Shown: positions 58,022 through 64,000 of the stretch, piece by piece
How positions within the stretch are numbered: the first letter of the stretch is position 1
How the letters are laid out: each line of letters opens with the position of its first letter
Assembly: GCA_963712275.1 (NCBI GenBank)
Contig: CAVQHD010000001.1
Location: 1,376,001 to 1,440,000, forward strand
Reading direction: 5' to 3'
DNA: 64,000 nucleotides
DNA from: an uncultured Rhabdochlamydiaceae bacterium
GTDB lineage: Bacteria; Chlamydiota; Chlamydiia; Chlamydiales; Rhabdochlamydiaceae
The notes under the pieces: model-generated
The model's database searches: none
What the model saw: the letters and a program-made list of their open reading frames with translations, nothing else
What the model was told of the DNA's origin: nothing
Made by a program: the position numbers and the translations under genes

Positions 58022-60877
58022 ATGGCTACACCAACACCAACACAAGGCACACCAACTCAAACACCCACACCTACACCAAGTCAAACACCCACACGGGGAC
58101 GTTCGCCCTCGCCATCGAATTCTAGGAATCCATCGCGCGCACCTTCACTAGATGGCCGCACGGTATCAACGGACTTATTAATACATCCGCTTCAGCTAAA
58201 CAATAACGGTGAGTACAATTTTGGTGGCAGCACGGATACACCCACACACAACACGTCCACAACTTCGGATACAGCTGCGACAGTGGGAAGAACTTTTGAG
58301 CAATTTTTAAAAGAAAAGAAGCAAAATGGGTTTGATGAAGTAGACCGTGCTAGAGATTATATGGTTAAGTCTAAAGCAACGAATGCAACGTTTCTTTCTA
58401 AAATATTCTATTTAGTTGCTATGATAGTGGAGGAGTTGTGTTGTAGTGCTGAAAAATTAAACAAGATTCGCGCAGCTGTGAATGAAAAAGAACCACAACA
58501 AATAGAAAACGACTTTTACCATCAGTGCCTCCTCGTTCAAAAAGTTTATGATAAGTTTATTAAAAAGCCCCAAGCAAAAACACTTAATAAGCTTAGAGAA
58601 GAATTTGAGAAGTTACATGCTTTTGCAGGGAAGATGGCAGAAGGCCTATCACAGCAAGATCAGAGGAAAGAACTAGAAAAAGCACATAAACTTATTAATG
58701 AAGTACTTAGCAAGCATGTCGGTACAGACGTGGCAAAAGAAATTTTAAGCTATTTTGCACGCAGCCAGTTTGAATCTCAATATCAATTCATGGGGAATGA
58801 TTTAGAAAAATTCCTTTTAAATTTTGATTCAAATGTTAACGATTTTACAAGTAGTGCTTCTTATGGAAGCGCGCAAGACATTGGCAACGTTTTCCTCGAT
58901 ATTGTTGCAGACATAGGAACCAAAGAAAAAAAGAACAAAGATGCTAATTTTGAAGCTTTAAACTTGCTGACAACCGCAATGGGGGCACCGGTAGTTCCTG
59001 AGGCTCAGATAGAAGATTATGGGAAAAGTTTTTCGGAAAGACTGAAAGCTATCCTACAAACAGGAAAATCGGATCCAAATTTTCTCATTAATGAAAACGA
59101 TCAAAGAACATTAATAACTCAGTACCGGACTTATTGCGAAACAAAAGCTCAAGTAGAAAAGGAGCACGCAGAGTTCCACAAGCTCTTCTTACAGCACAAT
59201 AATAAAGTGGTAGAATATCTCAAAATTCAAAGCGCAGAAATAGCAGTTTCTTATGATACGCTTGTTGAGCTTTTTGGAGAGGATCCATTCCAGAGGCCTA
59301 GGGACTTTGACGTGCCCACCCTTCTTACAGATGTCGATAAATGCAAACATAAAATTGCATCGATTGATCGACAAATTCCCCTCTCTATATCGCAGGTTCA
59401 GAGTAAATTTCAAACAACTCTGGAAGAAAAAAAGGGGGCTCTGCCTCAAATACAAACCCAAATAGATCACCTAAGTGGCCAAAAAACAGTGCAAGAAAAA
59501 GACCTTGCGGACAAGAGAGCTGCTCGGGACAACGCCAAATATAAATCGCCTGGATCTCTAAATATTAAATCAACTCCTGACCAGGTAAAGAATTTTAATG
59601 AATATAAGGCAGCTCAAGAAGCGGTTGAGAAAGCTAAACAAGATTTAACATTAACAGAAACCACTTTGAACAAACATAATGCAGATTTAGCTAAATTGGA
59701 AAAAGAGATCGCTGCCAATCCAGCAGAGGAGAAAAAAGCGATTGAGGCTGTAGTAAAAACGCTCAAGCAGGAAAAAAAACAAAAAGAAAACGAGCTTGCG
59801 CAGTATAAAAAACAAACAGTTATGCTCGCAAAGCAGGATATTACGGACGCCTATAATGCCAAAGTGCAGTCTAAGACACTGTTTGAAGAGGCCTATGGAG
59901 AGAATAGTTACCAACTATTTGAGGATAAATGGCCCAAACAACCAAGACTTGAAGACGTTTCTCTTACTGAAGAGGGCCATGGAGAGAATAGTTATAAACT
60001 GTTTGAGGATATTTCTAAAGAGCTCAAAAAGCATCAAGGTCTAGTAAATCAAGCAGAAAAGGAAATGAATGCCAAAGCCGAAGATTTGACAAACGCCTTC
60101 AAACAGTTGAAGAAAGCAGAAAAGGCTCTCAGAAATGCTCTCATAGATTCGGGCTATAATCCAGAAACAGGAATAGCTAATCTTAATGATAAACGTGGGA
60201 CGATAAAGGCAACTATCCTTAAAGAGCGTAGGCTAGTTAAGGACTTAGCCTTTACCGTTATAGGCAAAATGGTGAAGCCAAAAGATCCGGAAGAGGAAGC
60301 CAAAGCGAATCTCCAGAAATACCAAGCTAGAAATAAGTCAAAATACCAACTATCGCGCGATGTGTCCGGGTATAATAATAACAGATTCTCAAGAACCTCT
60401 GTAGGGCATTCTAGTTCTAGTAGCGATGATGATGAGTTTTTGGGCGTGGGCGCAAGAGAACGGCGTCGTGCTGTTAGTCTAGGGGGTTTACCTAGAACAT
60501 CAAGAAGGAACAGAAAGGTAAAAGCACCTGAGTATCTGAATGGTTCCAATGCGGTTCATGGAGATAAGAGGTTTTTTGGAGAAGTTGTCTCAGAAGATGC
60601 TTTTAACAAATATCCAAACAATGGACGTGCTAGTTTCCACCCCGGAAACGAAGAGGAGACCCGAGAAGAACGGGGTCGTTCTGTTACGCGTAGAACATCA
60701 AGAAGTAAGAGTGGGACAGAAATACCTGAGCGTTTACCAACAACATCTACAAATCGTGCAAACAGAACCGATTCCCCACATGTAATAGACTATACGGGTT
60801 TACAGCCTGATTCAGGTGATGAGGAGCATTTTCAAGACTTTCCCTCAGATTCTGGAGTCGATAAGTCTACACAGTGA
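58022..60877 (+). CDS. Large coiled-coil protein with Thr/Pro/Ser-rich N-terminus (candidate secreted effector)
   Basis: 951-aa ORF with GAGGA RBS and a long AT-rich leader; low-complexity ends and a Lys/Glu/Gln heptad core. Confidence 0.7.
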   Translation: MATPTPTQGTPTQTPTPTPSQTPTRGRSPSPSNSRNPSRAPSLDGRTVSTDLLIHPLQLNNNGEYNFGGSTDTPTHNTSTTSDTAATVGRTFEQFLKEKKQNGFDEVDRARDYMVKSKATNATFLSKIFYLVAMIVEELCCSAEKLNKIRAAVNEKEPQQIENDFYHQCLLVQKVYDKFIKKPQAKTLNKLREEFEKLHAFAGKMAEGLSQQDQRKELEKAHKLINEVLSKHVGTDVAKEILSYFARSQFESQYQFMGNDLEKFLLNFDSNVNDFTSSASYGSAQDIGNVFLDIVADIGTKEKKNKDANFEALNLLTTAMGAPVVPEAQIEDYGKSFSERLKAILQTGKSDPNFLINENDQRTLITQYRTYCETKAQVEKEHAEFHKLFLQHNNKVVEYLKIQSAEIAVSYDTLVELFGEDPFQRPRDFDVPTLLTDVDKCKHKIASIDRQIPLSISQVQSKFQTTLEEKKGALPQIQTQIDHLSGQKTVQEKDLADKRAARDNAKYKSPGSLNIKSTPDQVKNFNEYKAAQEAVEKAKQDLTLTETTLNKHNADLAKLEKEIAANPAEEKKAIEAVVKTLKQEKKQKENELAQYKKQTVMLAKQDITDAYNAKVQSKTLFEEAYGENSYQLFEDKWPKQPRLEDVSLTEEGHGENSYKLFEDISKELKKHQGLVNQAEKEMNAKAEDLTNAFKQLKKAEKALRNALIDSGYNPETGIANLNDKRGTIKATILKERRLVKDLAFTVIGKMVKPKDPEEEAKANLQKYQARNKSKYQLSRDVSGYNNNRFSRTSVGHSSSSSDDDEFLGVGARERRRAVSLGGLPRTSRRNRKVKAPEYLNGSNAVHGDKRFFGEVVSEDAFNKYPNNGRASFHPGNEEETREERGRSVTRRTSRSKSGTEIPERLPTTSTNRANRTDSPHVIDYTGLQPDSGDEEHFQDFPSDSGVDKSTQ

Positions 60878-60976
60878 GAAAATTTATTCCTAGCGACTCT
60901 TCAGGCGAAGATTAAACCCAGCACATGACGAACAGCCTTTGGTTCGATAGCACAGCAGGCCCTTTTAAGACAGCTT

Positions 60977-61633
60977 CTAAGGGCTCGTTTGCTTTGATGG
61001 GGCTTCAGGGTGGCTGAGGAGCCTAGAGAGCTTGGCAAGGACATCGCGCAGGACTTCTAAAGGCTTTTGATCGGCGTTGAAACGAGAGATCAGAGACGGG
61101 GAATAATGGTTTAAGATTGCCTGTGTTGACTCTTCATAGACCTTCATTCGGGTCCGCAGAATAGACTCGTCAAAATCATCCATGCGCCGCTCGATAAGGG
61201 CCCGCCGTTTCATTCGCTTAATAAGCTCTTCCGTATTCGAAGTTTCTAAGACAATCAGGTGGAGCATATCGATTTGGCTTTCCAGAAGCTCTGCCTGGGC
61301 GACTGTCCTAGGGATTCCATCTAAAAGAAGGAGCTGCTGGTGGGGATAGTATCGATTGGTGGCAATGAGCCCCTCGACATAGTGGTGCCAGATTCCCAAG
61401 GTTACGTCATCGGGTAAAAGGTGCCCTTTGCCGGCATAGGAGTGGTAAATTTTACCAGCGGGGGACTCAGGGGAGAGCCCCCGAAAAATGTCCCCAGATG
61501 AAAGATGAAAGTGGTTGCCGGCGCTGCTTAGAAATTTTCCGAGGGTCCCTTTTCCAGCCCCTGGCGGGCCAAAAATTAAAATTGACCGGTATTGCCGAGG
61601 GGATGGATCGACAAGCGCTTTAACATCAACCAT
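60977..61633 (-). CDS. adk: Adenylate kinase family protein
   Basis: FGPPGAGKGT, HLSSGDIFR, LDGIPRT..QA and R.DD motifs. Confidence 0.88.
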   Translation of the reverse strand: MVDVKALVDPSPRQYRSILIFGPPGAGKGTLGKFLSSAGNHFHLSSGDIFRGLSPESPAGKIYHSYAGKGHLLPDDVTLGIWHHYVEGLIATNRYYPHQQLLLLDGIPRTVAQAELLESQIDMLHLIVLETSNTEELIKRMKRRALIERRMDDFDESILRTRMKVYEESTQAILNHYSPSLISRFNADQKPLEVLRDVLAKLSRLLSHPEAPSKQTSP

Positions 61634-61818
61634 TTTAGTTCCTATGGGAAGTACCCTCCAAACCATACCAGATCATCGATTAACAACGCAATTTCTTGGA
61701 TTAGCTTCTAAGAATCAATGGGTTAGGTATTTAGCGCACAGGTACTTAATTCAAAGAAATTTTATTTGTTTTTAATTTTAAAAAATGTTAAAATTATGTT
61801 TAAATAAGGATAAGATTT

Positions 61819-62448
61819 ATGACGACACAATCAGCTCAAGGAAATTCTCTTCAGCCTCATCAGATGTTTTTGGGCGAAGTGACTTACAACAACCGTCACT
61901 ATATAGCGATTTTGCATTACCATTCCGAAGACGGAACGGCGAAGCCGGTGACAGCGGAAATGCAACGTGTACAAGCGACTTATTGCCGCGCGCTTCAACA
62001 CATGATCGATCATGCACAAAGGGAGACACCGGAGCAGCCTCTTTCAAGAATTTCGATGGGTGGCTTTGTTTTTGCCGCTGCTCAGGATGAAGATGAAACC
62101 TCTTATTCTCATACAGATCTCAAAACCATAAATCAGTGGCACCAATTTCTTTTTATTCTTGATCGTCCTGAGCTCTCTTCTCAATATCTCCAAGATATTG
62201 AGCTGATCGAAATGACGGAAGAGGACAAAGCTCGGCTCCTCGACGCGGTTATTAGTAAAGCTGACGAAGCATCCCAGTCGAGGGCAAAAGTAGTTGTTTT
62301 CGATGCAAAGGAAAAAATCTTTCTCGCAGCGTTCGGGGCACACAAATTAAGCCGTGGAGAGCGAGATGCAGAAGAATTGTGTAAGCTCAAACTCCACCAG
62401 TACCGTTCACAAAACCCGGATTATGACCCCTCCCAAACGTCTAAGTAG
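61819..62448 (+). CDS. Hypothetical protein
   Basis: 209-aa ORF with AAGGA upstream; no recognised motif. Confidence 0.55.
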   Translation: MTTQSAQGNSLQPHQMFLGEVTYNNRHYIAILHYHSEDGTAKPVTAEMQRVQATYCRALQHMIDHAQRETPEQPLSRISMGGFVFAAAQDEDETSYSHTDLKTINQWHQFLFILDRPELSSQYLQDIELIEMTEEDKARLLDAVISKADEASQSRAKVVVFDAKEKIFLAAFGAHKLSRGERDAEELCKLKLHQYRSQNPDYDPSQTSK

Positions 62449-64000
62449 AAGGCAAGCTCTCGCAGGAGGGAGTCTTTGATATTTTCTGTCTTTCGAAATC
62501 CGTGTTGTTCTTCAGGATAAATCACAAGTTCTGTTTTGATTCCTCGAGCTTTCAGTGCATCGTACATCAGCTGGGTTTGATTGACGGGGACGACGCGGTC
62601 TTCCGCTCCTTGGAAAAAGATCACAGGGCAGTGCAGTTGATTGACATGAAACAGGGGAGACCGCTCTTTATAAATCGCTTGGTCGGCGGGATAAGGGCCG
62701 ATCAGCTCATCGAGGTATCTGGATTCAAATTTATGAGTTTCTTTGGCAAGCGCGGTTAAATCGCTGACGCCGTAATAGCTTGCTCCAACGGTGAAGGTTT
62801 TCCCAAAGGTAAGGGCTGCAAGGGTTGTGTACCCTCCTGCGCTTCCTCCTCGGATGGCAATTTTGCTGGGATCGACTTTTCCTTGGGTAATCAGAAATTG
62901 GGCAGCGGCCTCGCAATCTTCAACGTCGACAATACCCCACTTTTTTTTAAGCGAGTCTCGGTAAGTTCGTCCATAGCCTGTGCTGCCTCCATAGTTTACA
63001 TCGACAACGGCAAAGCCTCTTGATGTCCAAAATTGAATTTTGAGGTCAAAGATGGGGAGGGTGCACGCTGTAGGTCCCCCATGAGAGATGACAAGGAGAG
63101 GAGGGAGGGTGCCTGGAGGGGCGTCCCAATGTTTATTGTGGGGTGGGTAATAAATCGCATAGGCGTCTCTTCCATGGCGGCTAGGGAAAGAAATCGGCTG
63201 GGGAAGGGAGATGTTTTCAGGGTCGAGATGGGGGAGGGGGTTGTGGGTGATAACGGCTGTTTGACCACTTGATCGGTCATACTGGATAATCGATCGGTCT
63301 TCTGTCCCAGAGGCTGCAATGAAATAGGTCGCTTTCTCTGTAGATCGAATTTGGGAATACGAAGTCCAGGGAAGATCGAGGGTGTGCCAAGGAACTAGTT
63401 CTGCCATCGCCCACGTTCCATTTTGGTAATAGGAGCAAACGACAGTCTCTCCTGCAAAGGCGTAAGTTGACATGCCAAAGACCCAATTGGGGAGGCCAAA
63501 TTCAGCGTGCATGGGATGAAGCGGCTCCCAATTTTCACCGTGCTGTCGATAGAGGTTCCACCACCCTGTGCGGTCTGAGACACAGTGAAGAATGCCAGAG
63601 GGAGACCATGAGGGTTGGAAAATCGATTCGTTGGGGCCTCCTGCCGCTTTTTTAAGGTGGGTGATTTCTCCCTCTTGTAAAGAGCCAACCCATAAGGTTG
63701 TTTCATCCCACGGCATATGGGGATGATCCCAAGAGAGGAATGCAATACGTGTTCCATCGGGGCTGATGGCTGGAGATGAATAAAAGTCGTGCCCTGTGGC
63801 GATTTTCTTGAGCGTTTTTGTAGGCAAGTGAAGGGAAAAAAGGAAGTTTTCACCCCCTTCTTCACCTACGCCAATCAGGTAGGATCCAATGGGATGAAGA
63901 TCTGCAGACCGCATGCCTGGCTCAGTGAGGGGATCTGTTTCATGGTAGATCCGTTGATCTTTTTCATTCACATAATAGACTTTTCCTTGAGAGACTGCAA
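62421..64000 (-). CDS. S9 family peptidase (prolyl oligopeptidase-like); 5' end outside the window
   Basis: HGGPT, NYGGSTGYG, GGSAGG, G.ED.VV and E.HGF motifs; frame stays open to the window edge. Confidence 0.92.
   Translation of the reverse strand, partial: AVSQGKVYYVNEKDQRIYHETDPLTEPGMRSADLHPIGSYLIGVGEEGGENFLFSLHLPTKTLKKIATGHDFYSSPAISPDGTRIAFLSWDHPHMPWDETTLWVGSLQEGEITHLKKAAGGPNESIFQPSWSPSGILHCVSDRTGWWNLYRQHGENWEPLHPMHAEFGLPNWVFGMSTYAFAGETVVCSYYQNGTWAMAELVPWHTLDLPWTSYSQIRSTEKATYFIAASGTEDRSIIQYDRSSGQTAVITHNPLPHLDPENISLPQPISFPSRHGRDAYAIYYPPHNKHWDAPPGTLPPLLVISHGGPTACTLPIFDLKIQFWTSRGFAVVDVNYGGSTGYGRTYRDSLKKKWGIVDVEDCEAAAQFLITQGKVDPSKIAIRGGSAGGYTTLAALTFGKTFTVGASYYGVSDLTALAKETHKFESRYLDELIGPYPADQAIYKERSPLFHVNQLHCPVIFFQGAEDRVVPVNQTQLMYDALKARGIKTELVIYPEEQHGFRKTENIKDSLLRELAFYLDVWEGS

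Overview
Chromosomal window from an environmental member of the phylum Chlamydiae. This rests on chlamydial gene order (holA-rsmI, hemW-CT053-like-sucA-sucB, a CT863-scc3-copB2-copD2-like translocon operon) and a chlamydial-type FabI. Housekeeping genes (mlaEFD, tamAB, hemL, fabI, sucAB-lpdA, adk, iscA, ferredoxin) alternate with accessory loci: F-box and U-box-like effectors, two tandem inverse-autotransporter paralogs with an ISAs1 element and an MNT-HEPN toxin-antitoxin pair, Rpn, AlbA_2 and AAA_14 singletons, and a ~1800-codon PARP-like/ankyrin/nucleotidyltransferase/TPR gene broken by one in-frame TAA. The strongest unexplained signal is a family of non-autonomous palindromic elements. 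One 167-bp hairpin element sits in frame inside two unrelated protein genes and adds the same ~56-aa peptide to both, as Rickettsia palindromic elements do. A truncated copy and a 309-bp relative lie in intergenic DNA. An unrelated ERIC-like hairpin rewrites the holA/rsmI junction. No tRNA, rRNA or CRISPR array was seen. All calls are from reading motifs by eye; no database searches were run.
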